Below, in pieces: positions 12,078 to 24,328 of a stretch of DNA of 64,000 bases. Made by a program: the position numbers and the translations under genes. Source of the stretch: Pristiophorus japonicus (lineage: Eukaryota). Where the stretch lies: contig NC_091984.1 in NCBI RefSeq assembly GCF_044704955.1, positions 148,366,001-148,430,000 of the forward strand. Direction: 5' to 3'. Positions within the stretch are counted from its first letter, which is position 1. The number at the start of each line of letters is the position of its first letter. Below the pieces are notes generated by a model. It saw nothing but the letters and a program-made list of their open reading frames with translations, ran no database searches and was not told the origin of the DNA.

Positions 12078-12420
12078 ATGGGTGCCAGAGCAAGTTAAAA
12101 CACCACAAAAGGCACACCAGCCTATGTCATGCTCCAGAATTGTGGTCAGTCTTCAATTGACCAAAGAAAAAAAACGGTAAAGTGGACTAAGGGTGAAAAC
12201 AGGCCATTTCCACCCGATGGTTCATTTAATTTAGAGAGAACAACATGTCTAGAGGAGTGTCTTATAAACAGAGATCCAGGTAGAAAAAAAAGGAAAGTAA
12301 TAGAAAAGGCCTGGGTTCCGATTCTTCAAGCCCATGTAAAATTTAACAGAGGAAGTAAATTAAATGCCATAAGAGAACCTGATAGTGACTTATGGATTAA
12401 AAAAAGGAGAAGCTTTATTG
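12078..12420 (+). pseudogene. gag: ERV gag matrix remnant
   Basis: MGARAS*NTTKGTPAYVMLQNCG...KWTKGENRPFPPDGSFNLER: an MGxxxS myristoylation motif and a matrix-type P.DGSF motif. Capsid and nucleocapsid are absent. Confidence 0.7.
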
Positions 12421-13087
12421 AATGGAGAGAGACTTTTGTGAATGTCTTGTCTTTGAATGAGAGTGGTGAATGTCTTGTCTTTGAATGAGAGTGCTTCTGT
12501 GTTTTTTTTCTTGTGTCTGAAAACCTGTTTGGAAGGGTTGTGGAGCTGCCTGTTTGTTTTAGCTCCACCCACTTTTTCAAACAAAGTGAAGTTTTTTAAC
12601 CCTTCATAGTGTTGTCCTGTATGTGGGAAGTTTAAGACATTTTAAGTTAGAAGCGCAGGTGTGGATTTATTCGGATGAGAAGTTACGGAGCTAGGAAATG
12701 CACAAAGGGTAGGTTTGTTGAGACATGGTCCCGGTGGTTAAAAGTTGTAATGCCTTGGGAAGTTGTAATGCCTTGGGAAGTTGTAATGCCTTTTTTAAAA
12801 AAAAAGCCTTTGTGGGTCTCTCGAGGTGCAGGCTGGGGGAGTACACTCTCATTGTCCTTGGTGTAAAATCTTGGTACAAAAGCTTCTAGCTCAGTAAGAG
12901 GATTTGGTTTTTTTGATAAAGAGTGGCAGTACAATAGTTGAATTGGGATTTTGAGATATTTCAGGTGATCTCCTTGATCAATATTTTGGGTGTATTGGAA
13001 AAATCTTGGGTTTGGAAGCCTTTTAATAAGATTAGAAAACAAGTACTTTACATTCTGTGATCTGTGAATCACTATAAGCATAAATGA

Positions 13088-15360
13088 GAAATCCGTGTAA
13101 CACACTGATTCTTCCAGTTCAGAAGCCCACACAAATGGAGGTTTGTCCATGACCTACGAGCTGTGAATGAATCTACTATATTCTCACAATGCTTAAAGAA
13201 GGATTTGGAATGAAGTATCCCGGAATGCTTTCCAGAATCTTAGGCAGCCCCTCACTTCAGCACCAGCCTTGGGATTACCAGATTACACTCAGCTATTCAA
13301 CTTACTTGTGCATCACAAGTTGGGTTTTGCACAATCTGTTTTGACTCAGTTACATGGGGACAGGCAGCGGCCGGTAGCGTATTTCAGTACCCAACTAGAC
13401 CCAGTGGCACGCGGACTACCAGGATGTCTTCCTTCGTTGGCAGCAGCTTATTATGCTATGCAACAGGCTCAGACAATAACTCTAAATCATCAGACCATTT
13501 TGTATATCCCACACTCTGTCGAGATTTTACTTACTAAATGTGCCACCCAACACCTAACCTCTGCAAGAACCACTAAATATGAAGTCGAACTGTTATCAAA
13601 TCCGAACCTTATCATCAAAAGATGCACTACCTTAAATCCAGCCACTCTACTCCCCACGGAAGAAGACGGCGAACCCCATTCATGTGAAATGGTAACCGAA
13701 TTAGTGACTAAACCACGTATCAATCTAACAGATGTACCAATGTGTAACCCTGATTTAGTGTACTATGTTGACGGATCAGCCCTACGAAATGATAGGGGCC
13801 AACCTAGAGCGGCTTGTGTAATTGTTATCCAGTTTAATGTTGTCGAAACAGCCTCTCTTCCAGACTCCTTTTCAGCCCAACAAGCCGAATTGTTTGCGTT
13901 AACTCGAGCCTGTATTCTGGCTGAAGGACAAACAGTTAATATCTACACTGACTCCAGGTATGCTTTTGGGGTATCACATGACTATGGACAAATTTGGAAG
14001 ATTCGCGGGTACCTGACTTCTTCAGGAACCCCTATCAAAAGTGGAAAATCTTCTGCAAGCCATTCAATGCCCCTTGAAACTTGCCATTATCAAATGCCAA
14101 GCACATACAGGCCAGTCGAATGAGGTGGCACTTGGGAATGCCAGAGCTGATAATGCAGCTAAGTCAGCAGCTCTGTCGAAAGGGGGGATGCAGGTGTCAT
14201 TGTTCCGACTGAGGAAAGATAATTGCTCAGACCCGCCACCCACTATTAATGACGTGCTGACCTTTCAGACACAGGCCAGTACGGAGGTGGTGGTGACCTG
14301 GACGAAGGATCAATGTTATAAAAATCCAGAAGGAATATGGGTTCACCATGACGGCTGTGTGGTGGCCCCTAGATCCTTACTTCCATGGATAGCCCGATGT
14401 GTTCATACATTCACACATGCGGGCAAAGGGGGATTGGCAGATTATATTTTGGCAACTTGGTATGCACCAGGTATTTCGGCAATTGCAAAACAAATCTGTG
14501 AAAATTGTGTTACCTGTCAGACAATGAATCCGGATAAGACGGAAAAAGTAGAATCTGCCTCCCACCCAAATCCAGTCGGGCCTTTTGTACATTTACAAAT
14601 GGATTTTATTGAATTACCTATGTGTATGGGATTCAAGTATGTATTAGGTATTGTAGATGTGTTCTCGAGATGGATTGAAGCCTTTCCATGTAAAAAGGCC
14701 AATGCCACTACTGTTGCTAAATGTTTGTTAAAGGAAATCGTACCGTGCTTCGGAATCCCTGCCATGCTTTCTAGTGATAACGGGAACTGTTATAAGAGAA
14801 ATGTGTAAAGCTTTGCAGATTAATCAACGTTTTCATTGCAGTTATCATCCACAATCAGCTGGATTTGTTGAAAGATATAATGGAATGCTTAAAAATAAGC
14901 TGGCAAAACTATGCAATGACACTGGACTGAAATGGACAGAACTGCTGCCTTTAGCTTTGATGGTAATGTGATCTGCAACCAACAGAACAACAGGCCTGTC
15001 ACCCATGAGATAGTTATGGGACGTCCCCAACGACTACCTTTTACAGCACCATTTACTGCAAAACAAATGGACATCCACAAAATGGAGGAAAATATGTTGA
15101 ATTATTGTATTGCACTAACCAAATGTATTTCCAGCTTTCATTCACAGGTAAAGGGAGCTCAAGTCAAGCCAGCGGAAGGAAGTGTCATAACCTGGAGCCA
15201 GGGGAATTTGTTTACATCAAGATTTTTAAAAGAAAAAGCAGTCTACAGCCAAGATTCGAAGGACCATACCAGGTCTTGCTGGCGACCAATACTGCAACCA
15301 AGGTAAAGGAAAGACCAACATGAATCCATGCATCCCATTGCAAACGGGCACCCGACCAGG
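13088..15360 (+). pseudogene. pol: ERV pol remnant: RT N-terminal fragment, RT core deleted, then tether, RNase H and integrase
   Basis: NPCNTLILPVQKP / KWRFVHDLRAVN jumps to TSAPALGLPDY. RNase H: YVDGS, SAQQAELFAL, IYTDSRY, GNARADNAAK. Integrase: H..H...C..C, LQMDFI, SSDNG, VERYNG, EGPYQVLL. Confidence 0.92.
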
Positions 15361-15399
15361 AGGAAGGGAAGAAGGAATCAGAGGAACAGAAAAAGGAAG

Positions 15400-16780
15400 A
15401 CTGAATAAGGAACTGTATGGACTATGGGGACTGATGGTGCTTGGCTTGACAGGGTTTTACTTTGCATTATTGATTACACCAGGGGTACAGACCCGGCACC
15501 GAAGGGAATTGCAAGTAAACGTATTTATGGCACTGAGTCATAGGTATGCTCAAGAAAGAAACTTGTCGAGTTGTTGGATATGTTCCCATGTACCTGTCCA
15601 CTCCGAAGGGGGCATTCCCCTGAGATCGGTCCCCTTTAACGAATCAGAAATGGTAGAATAGGACAAACCTAACTAAGGGGCCAGAAACGAAGGAGCAAAC
15701 AGAATGGAGGTCGGCAGGGTATAAACTTACAGCCTTCCAGGGATGGTACCAGCCCAATTATGATAATAACCATCAGGCTCCCTTCCTAAGTATTACTCCC
15801 AGAATAGAAAATCCCGAAGGTATAATATGCCTCGTGAGTAATGAAACTAAAGGACCAGAAATGGGACGCAGCAAGTGTTCCCAAATGACTAAATGGCAAG
15901 CCACAACTAATCCCACTGAGAGAAAGATAGCAACCGTTGGCTAGACAATGGTCCATAACAAAGCCCCAGGTGAAGGGTGGGAAGGTGAGACCACTCGAGT
16001 AGGGATGGCGCAAAAGGACCAGGAGCTGACGTCCTATAATTGCACCTACTTTATTTGTGGCCATAAAGCCTACCCATGATTACCAGCCAACTGGACAGGG
16101 TCCTGTTACTTAGGATATGTGGTACCCTTTATCAGATCAATAAAGACTCTAAGGGATGCCGATGGAAGTCATAGACTTAAACGGGATTTGACATGGTTAA
16201 ACGGAATATTCAAGGTAATGGTGCCACCTTATGGAATAGCATCAACCGAATGGCAGTTACGGTAACTGGCTAACTTAGTTGAATCAGTAGCCAATGCAAC
16301 TTCCCAAGCCTTTGAAGGGGTAACTGATGAAATGGTAGCTATTCGAACAGTGGCTCTCCAAAATCGTATGGCCTTAGATTATCTCCTAGCCAAGGAGGGA
16401 GGGACATGCGCATTAATAGGTGAAGAATGCTGTACGTATAGCCCAGATAAATCAGAAGAAATCGGCAGTCTAGCTGAATATATCAGGAAAAAGGTAATAG
16501 AGTATAAACAGACAGTTGGCCAGGACGGTATCACCTTGTGGGGTGGGCATCGGGATGGTTGGGATCCCTAGGGAAATCTGTGGTACAGAGTTTGATCATA
16601 TTCCTACTGATAGTCTTCGCCCTGTATCAATTATTTGTCTTGGTTAAGTGTTGCTGTGCCAGGGTGGGAAAAACCATATTACCTACCGAGACCACGGCTA
16701 GAGTTATGGTAGCAACAACTACTGAAGGCTCTTGTGTGGAAATGGAAATGGAGAGACTGTACAAGATCAGAATGGATTGA
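15400..16780 (+). pseudogene. env: ERV env, gamma-type (covalent SU-TM), disrupted
   Basis: Hydrophobic signal, RHRR, SU CWIC, furin site RLKR (~16173), immunosuppressive domain LQNRMALDYLLAKEGG, CALIGEECC (CX6CC), TM LIIFLLIVFALYQLFVLV. Several stops and frameshifts. Confidence 0.93.
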
Positions 16781-16810
16781 GTTGTCCTTGTGAAGGACAA
16801 AATGGGGGAA

Positions 16811-17504
16811 TGTGGAAATGTATTTTTATCTAAGCTGATACCATACGGTATTTGTGTGTCCTTTGCAATATATATAACAAAATGGAGTCCTGGTCCTTCC
16901 AGAACTTTCTGCATGAAAGCAGTCAGCTTGCATAAGCAGCTAAACCTGGTTTGAGATGGCTGATGGCCATCAGACAGCTAGGAGACAAGTTATGCTGAGA
17001 CAAGTACCGCCCCCCCCCCCCCCCCGCCCATGGTGCTCTATTGTCTACACGACAAGAGTTCCATGTCACCCCACCCTTTTCTTCTAGACTCAAACCACCA
17101 GCCATTATCTCTTGTAGAGACCACATCCATTTGATGCAAACAGATAAACTGACTAGGAAACTGAACAATCCTGACACAATGCAAGACAGGTAATAGCTCA
17201 TTACCTCACTCTCATGGAGTAATGGCCGGCTGGCCAACGAATAACCCTGACAAAAGGAAATATCTGGAAACCATGTCAGGACAAGGATGTAGTAATTAAC
17301 TCTTTATCTGCATTCACTGACTACGAGACAGAGCCAATACACAGGGAGAGGCCATAACTTGGGTTTTACTGTATAAATATCTTGTGAAACTGTACCATTT
17401 CGGAGGTGTTCACTTAGCCTTTGACTGAGTGTGACCTGCCCCTTGCTAGCAAGTAAATTAAAGAAACTTCTGCCGGAGCTGTAAGTGTCGGAGTCATTCT
17501 TTTC
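16811..17504 (+). repeat. ERV 3' LTR, lacking its terminal ~25 bp
   Basis: Direct repeat of the 5' LTR up to GTCATTCTTTTC, then it runs into CR1 sequence. Confidence 0.9.
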
Positions 17505-20200
17505 TGAGGTCGAGGTCCATATCGGTATCAATGACATAGGTAGAAAGAGGGATGAGGTCCTACAAACAGAGTTTTGGGAGCTAGGAGAGAGATTAAAAAG
17601 CAAGACCTCAAAGGTAGTAATCTCCGGATTACTCCCGGTGCCACGTGCTAGTGAGTACAGAGATAGGAGAATAGAGCAGATGAATGCGTGGCAGTAGAGA
17701 TGGTGCAGGAGGGAGGGTTTTTTGTGTCCTGAGACATTGGGACCATTTCTGAGGGAGGTGGGGCCTGTACAAGCCGGATGGGTTGCACCTCAACAGAGCC
17801 GGGACCAATATCCTCAAAGGGGGCTTTGGTAGTGCTGTTGGGGAGGGTTTAAACTAGCTTGGCAGGGGGATGGGAACCGGAGAATAGATTCAGAGGGGAA
17901 AGAAGCAAAGCTGGAATTGGAAAGCAGAAAACTAGACAGTGAATTTGGAAGACCAAGGAAACAAAGCCTAGAAAATAGACAACAAAGCAGTTTGGCAGTG
18001 CTAAATGGTATATACTTCAATGCATGGAGTATAGGGAATAAGGCAGATGAGCTGAGAGCACAGATAGACACTTGAGAGTACGATATTATAGATATTACTG
18101 AGACATGGCTGAAAGAAGGGCAGGTATGGCAGCTCAACATTCCTGGTTACAGGGTTTTCAGACGGGATAGAGAGGGGGATAAAAAAGGAGGGGGTCGCAG
18201 TTGTGAAACAATTGAAAGAAACAATTACAGCTGTGAGGAGGGATGATATGTCGGAAGGATCATCAAATGAGGCCATATAGGTCGAATTGAAGAATGAAAA
18301 AGGGGTAATCACACTGCTGGGAGTGTACTATAGACCCCCAAACAGTCAGAGGGAGAGAGAAGAGCAAATATGTAGGCACATTTGTGACAAGTGCAAAAAC
18401 TATAGGGCAGCAATAGTAGGGGATTTCAACTACCCTAATATTAACTGGGATAAAATTAGTGTGAAAGGTATAGAGGGTGCGGAATTCCTAAAATGCTTTT
18501 GGGAGGACTTTTTTAGCCAGTATGTAATAAGCCCAACAAGGGATGGGATGGTTCTGGACTTGGTTTTGGGGAATGAAGAGGGGCAGGTGGAAGGGGTATC
18601 AGTGGGAGAGCATTTTGGTGCTAGTGATCATAATTCAGTTAGATTTACGATTGTTATGGAAAAGGACAAAGATAGAGCAGGAATAAAATTTCTCAATTGG
18701 GGAAAAGCCAATTTTGCTGAGCTGAGATGAGATTTGGCCAAAGTGGACTGGAAACAGCTACTTGAAGGTAAATCAGTGTCAGAGCAGTGGGAGGCATTCA
18801 AGGAGGAAATCCTGTGGTTTCAGAGTAAGTCTGTTCCCTTAAAGAAAAAGGGTGGGACTAACAAATCTAGAGGCCCCTGGATGTCAAGGGATATACAGTG
18901 TAGGATAAAGTAAAAAAGGGAGGCTTATGACAGATACCGAGGGCTCAATACTGCAGGAACTTTAGAGGGGTATAGAAAGTGCAGGGGTGCAATTAAAAAG
19001 GAAATTAGGAAAGCAAAGAGAGAGCATGAAAACATTTTGGCAAGTAAAATCAAGGAAAACACAAAGATGTTTTTCAAATACATTAAGAGCAGGAGGATAA
19101 TTAAAGAAAGAGTAGGGCCTATTGGAGACCATAAAGGTAATCTGTGTGTGGAGGCAGAAGACATGGGTATGATTCTCAAGGAATACTTTGCGCCTGTTTT
19201 CACAAAAGAGAGGGGCGATGCAGACATTGCAATCAGGGAGGAGGAGTGTGAAATATTAGATGAAATAAACATAGTAAGAGAGGAAGTATTAAGGGGCTTA
19301 GCAGCTTTGAATGTGGACAAATCCCCAGGCCCGGATAAAATGTATCCCAGGCTGTTAAGAGAAGCAAAAGAAGAAATAGCAGAGGCTCTGACCAACATTT
19401 TCCAATCCTCTTTGACTACAGGTGTGGTGCCAGAGGACTGGAGGACTGCTAATGTTATAACTTTGTTTAAAAAGGGAGAAAGAGATAGATCGAGTAATTA
19501 CAGGCCAGTCAGCGTAACCTTGGTGCTCAGAAAATTATTGGAAAAAATTCTGAGAGACAGGATAAATCTTCATTTGGAATGACACGGATTAATCAAGGAC
19601 AGTCAGCATGGATTAGTTCAGGGAAGCTCATATCTGAATAACTTGATTGAATTCATCGAGGCTGTAATAAGGAATGTCCATGAGGACAGTGCATATGATG
19701 TAGTGTAGATGGATTTTATCAAGGCTTTTGATATATGGCAGACTGGTCACGAAAGTCAAAGCCCATGGGATCCAGGGCAAAGTGGCAAGTTGGATCCAAA
19801 ATTGGCTCAGAGGCAGGAAGCAAAGGGTAATGGTTGATGGGTGTTTTTGTGACTGGAAGGATGTTTCCAGTGGGGTTCCGCAGGGCTCAGTACAAGATCC
19901 CTTGCTTTTTGTGGTATATATCAATGATTTAGACTTGAATGTAGGGGGTATAATGAAGAAGTTTGCAGATGATAGCAAAATCGGCCGTGTGGCTGATAAT
20001 GAAGAAGAAACCTGTAAACAGCAGGAAAATATCAATCAACTGGTCAGGTGGGGAGAACATTAATGAATGGAATTCAATCCAGAGAAGTGGATTTGGGGAG
20101 GGCTAACAGGGCATTACATGGTCGGACAATGAGAGTTGTAGAGGAATAAAGGGACCTTGGTATACATGTCCACAGATCCCTGAAGGTAGCAGGCCAGGTA
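17505..20200 (+). mobile_element. Continuation of the ERV-interrupted CR1 (ORF1 end + degraded ORF2)
   Basis: EVEVHIGINDIGRKRDEVL...VISGLLPVP, followed by EN (YRPPNS, GDFN, SDH) and RT (KSPGPD, NYRPVS, PQGSV, KFADD) fragments. Confidence 0.92.
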
Positions 20201-20511
20201 GATGGGTTTTTACGACAATCCGGCAGTTTCATGGTCACCATTACTGACACTAGCTTTTTATTCCAGATTTATTTAATTAATTGAATTTAAATTCCCCAGC
20301 TGCCGTAGTGGGAATTGAACTCGTGTCTCTGTATTATTAGTCCAGGCTATAGTAGTCCAGACTTTCAAAGAGCCAGCACAGGTTTGGTGGGCCAAGTGGC
20401 CTCCCTCTGTGCTGTGAGATGCTGTGACTAAGGAGCGGGGCTCCAGCTAACGTAGGCAATGTGGGTTCAAGGATTGAAAGCAAGGGTTTGGGTGGAGCCC
20501 ATATAGATGTA

Positions 20512-20527
20512 CCACAAGGGGGCGCTA
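20512..20527 (+). promoter_or_regulatory. Candidate CTCF site
   Basis: CCACAAGGGGGCGCTA is one base from the CTCF core CCACCAGGGGGCGCTA and sits in a short non-LINE island. Confidence 0.5.
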
Positions 20528-20635
20528 CATCATCGATTGATCCAATTATTGGCAGCGGGGAAACCAGGGATGGAAATAGCTTCAATAAAATGTATGCTGC
20601 GACTTTTAAAGTGGTCAACACCACTAGCACGATCA

Positions 20636-23296
20636 TAGAATCACAGAAAATTACAGCACGGAAGGAGGCCATTTTGGTCCATCGTGTCTGTGCCGGCCAA
20701 CAAAGAGCTACCCAGCCGAATCCCACTTTCCAGCTCTGGGTCCGTAGCCCTGTGGGTTACAGCACTTTAAGAGCACATCCAAGTTCTTTGTAAATGTGGT
20801 GAGGGTTTCTGCCTCTACTCCCTTTCAGGCAGTGAGTTCCAGACCCCAATCACCCTCTGGGTGAAGAATTGTTTCCTCATCTTCCTCTAACCCTTCCACC
20901 AATTACTTTAATTCTATGCCCCCTGGTTGTTGACCCCTCTGCGAAGGGAAATGGGTCCATTCTATCCACTCTATCTAGGCCCCTCATAAATTTATATACC
21001 TCAATAAGGTCTCCCCTCAGCCTCCACGGAAAACACGCCCAGCAGATCCAATCTTTCCTCAAAGCTAAAATTCTCCAGTCCTGAAAACATCCTCAAGAAT
21101 CTCCTCTGTACCGTCTCTCATGCAATCACATCTTTCCTGTGATGTGGTGACCAGGACTGCACGCAGTACACCAGCTGTGGTCTAACTAGTAATTTCTACA
21201 GTTCAAGCATAACCTCCCTGCTCTTGTATTCAATGCCTTGGCTAATAAAGGCAAGTATTCCGTATGCTTTTTTAACCACCTTATCGACCTCGCCTGCTAC
21301 CTTCAGGGATCTGTGGACCTGCATTCCAAGGTCCCGCCATTCCTCCACCCCTCTCAGTACCCTCACATTTATTGTGTATTCCCTTGCCTTGTTGCCCCTC
21401 CCCAAATGCATTAGAACAAGGCTGCAGTTAGAGCAGCCTTTCCACCCGCTGACAGCACTCACTGAGTCTGACTCATGGCATCGATCAGCTGGACATTGAT
21501 CTGGAAACACCAGCCTCCTGGTGAGAGAATCAAGGCTCTGATGCGACTGATAAAAGTCAAGATGAGGTTGCGGAGAGGTACACAGCTGCTGCTGGACACA
21601 ATGAACAGGAGGAGGCCATTCAGCCCCTCGAGCCTGTTCCCCCATTCAATCAGATCACAGTTCATCTGTATCTGAACTCCATCTACCCGCCTTGGTTCCG
21701 CAAGTTTCAAGGCCTATACTCTCTGGAGTTTAGAAGAATAAGAGGTGATCTCATTGAAACATACAAAGTTCTGACAGGGCTTGACAGGGTAGATGCAGGG
21801 AGGGTGTTTCCTGTGGCTGGGGAGTCTAGAACCAGGAATCACAGTCTCAGAATAATGGGTCGGCCATTTAGGACTGAGATGAGGAGAAAACTCTTCACTC
21901 AGAGGGTGGTGAATCTCTGGAATTCTCTGCCCCAGAGGGCTGAGGATGCTCAGTGTTTGAGTATATTCAAGACGGATATCAATAGATTTTCGGATATTAA
22001 GGGAATCAAGGGATATGGGGACAGTGCAGGAAAGTGAAGCTGAGGTAGAAGATTAGCCATGATCTCATTGAATGGCGGAGCAGGCTCGAGGGGCCGATGG
22101 CGGGGGGTGGGGGGGAGATGGGAGCCTAGTCCTGGGGGGAGGGGAGAATGGCTCGTGGGGGGTCGATTTTTAAAATTCTCATCCTTGTTTTCAAATCCAT
22201 CCATGACCTCGCCCCTCCCTTTCCCTGTAATCTCCTCCAGCCCCACAAGCCCCCGAGATGTTTGCACTCCTCTAATTCTGCCCTCCTGAGCATCCCGGAT
22301 TATGATCACTCAACCATTGGTGGCCGTGCCTTCTGTTGCCAAGACCCTAAGCTCTGGAACTCCCTCCCTAAACCTCTCCGCCTCTCTACCTCTCTTTCCT
22401 CCTTCAAGACGCTCCTTAAAACATACCTCCTTGGTCACCTACACTAATTTCTTCTTATGTGACTCGGTGTCAAATTTTGTATCTCATAATACTCCTGGGA
22501 AGTGCCTTGGGACGTTTCACTATGTTAAAGGCGCTATATAAATACAAGTTGTTGTTGTTGAATTGAGGCAAAATCTGGTATTCTGGATGTCACCGCTCCT
22601 TTTAACGCCCTCTCCAAAGTACGCACAGCAAATGTAACGCCCCTATTTAAAAAAGGAGGCAGGCAGAAAGCAGGAAACTATAGACCAGTTAGCCTAACAT
22701 CTGTCATTGGGAAAATGTTGGAGTCCATTATTAAGAAAGCAGTAGCAGGATATTTGGAAAAGCATAGTTCAATCAAGCAGAGTCAGCATGGTTTTATGAA
22801 AGGGAAATCATGTTTGACAAATTTGCTGGAATTCTTGAGGATGTAACAAGCAGGGTGGATAAAGGGGAACCATTGGATGTAGTGTATTTGGATTTCCAGA
22901 AGGTATTCGATAAGGTGCAGCCCCCTTAAAAGATAAAAGGCACAAGATAAAAGTTCAAGGGGTTGGGGGTAATATATTAGCATGGATAGAGGATTGGCTA
23001 ACTCACAGAAAACAGAGACTCAGGATAAATGGGTCATTTTCCGGTTGGCCAACAGTAACTAGTAGGTTGCCGCAGGATCGGTGCTGGGTCCTCAATTATT
23101 TACAATCTACATTAATTACGTTGATGAAGGGATCGAGTGTAATGTAGCCAAGTTTGCTGACGATACATAGATGGGTGGGAAAGCAAGTTGTGAGGAGGGC
23201 ACAAAAAATCTGCAAATGTATATAGACAGGCAAAGTGAGTGGGAAAAAAGTTGGCAGATGGAGTATAATGTTGGAAAGTGGCACACACACATCTAC
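20636..23296. mobile_element. Mosaic of LINE fragments: CR1 3' end (-) 20636-21410, CR1 3' end (+) ~21715-22095, L2-like 3' end (+) ~22166-22560, CR1 RT (+) ~22625-23296
   Basis: RLRGDLIEV..., FRTEMRR.FFTQRVVNLWNSLP, FKILILVFKSIHDLAP...GGRAF...LWNSLP with a (GTT)n tail, and QHGF/KFADD motifs. Confidence 0.85.
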
Positions 23297-23540
23297 NNNN
23301 NNNNNNNNNNNNNNNNNNNNNNNNNNNNNNNNNNNNNNNNNNNNNNNNNNNNNNNNNNNNNNNNNNNNNNNNNNNNNNNNNNNNNNNNNNNNNNNNNNNN
23401 NNNNNNNNNNNNNNNNNNNNNNNNNNNNNNNNNNNNNNNNNNNNNNNNNNNNNNNNNNNNNNNNNNNNNNNNNNNNNNNNNNNNNNNNNNNNNNNNNNNN
23501 NNNNNNNNNNNNNNNNNNNNNNNNNNNNNNNNNNNNNNNN
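23297..23540. other. Assembly gap (N run)
   Basis: 244 N. Confidence 1.
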
Positions 23541-24033
23541 AACCACACTAACACTCAGGGACATGTACATGGTGATACACTGACTGCTCCTCTCCCGAAG
23601 CTGAGGCCTTTGTGCTGCTGCCACGAGCCACACGTTAAGGAGAGAGAATGCAACGTTGTGACTGGGGCCACCTGCTCCCAGATTGCCCCCAGCAGTCAGC
23701 ACAGAGTGCACAGTGCGATCCCACCATCGGGGGCTGCCCCAACACCCACAGTGTGCAGAGTGAAAACCAATGCTCAGACTGGGAGGGTTTAATCCCAGCA
23801 GCTTTTAGAGTCTCTGTGTTTAATCTTGTGCACTCCAGGGGTTCGAGGTCAAATTGATCGTTTTAAAATGATTGATAATTGGCTTTGAATCAAATCTCCT
23901 GTTGACGTGCCATTGATTGACAGCCCACCCAGCCAATCAGTACAGACACTTACTGAAATGCAGCAAATCCAGCTGAGGGGGAGGTGGGACATTTCCAAAA
24001 CACTTGCCAGACACAGACTGAATATTCTTCACG

Positions 24034-24134
24034 TTTATTGTCTTTTACAGATTCACATTTACAGAAACAAAACTTGAATAAACAGCCCAGCGAGAGCGAG
24101 CTGGGGACATTCACAGGGAGAATGCAGCTTTATT
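24034..24134 (-). terminator. Candidate poly(A) signals of the Ig kappa C transcript (AATAAA at 24129-24134 and 24034-24039, minus strand)
   Basis: These are the first canonical hexamers I found downstream of the C stop codon. Confidence 0.5.
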
Positions 24135-24328
24135 AAAACAGTTGTGGGGATTTTCTCCACACTGTGAGAATCCTGTCCCTTTAAACGGGGACAAAACCTT
24201 GAATTGTAACAGCAGGGTGAGCAGGGAGGGGGTCTGCTTACTGAAGCGGCACTTCGCAGCTTAACATTAGTTTTACTCTGTTGACAGTCCTCAGCACCTT
24301 CGAGAGGTTTTACTTGGCAGCACGAGTC

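Larger units (their letters stand above)
10428..17504 (+). mobile_element. Class I (gamma/epsilon-like) endogenous retrovirus, internally deleted and non-autonomous
   Basis: Paired, highly similar LTRs, a PBS, a PPT (AAAATGGGGGAA, 16799-16810) and gag/pol/env remnants. Confidence 0.95.

Noticed and set aside
12078-12095. Gag N-terminus MGARAS identical to HIV-1 Gag
   Set aside because: A six-residue myristoylation motif reached convergently. The pol and env are class I, not lentiviral.
12683-13150. 155-aa antisense ORF inside the ERV
   Set aside because: It overlaps the antisense of the RT fragment and T-rich filler, includes a tandem duplication (GITTSQ x3) and has no recognisable domain. 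It is probably a chance ORF.
23096-23792. Long ORFs containing X runs (also 60126-60832)
   Set aside because: They are artefacts of translating through N gaps. Only the J segment at 60790-60824 is real.
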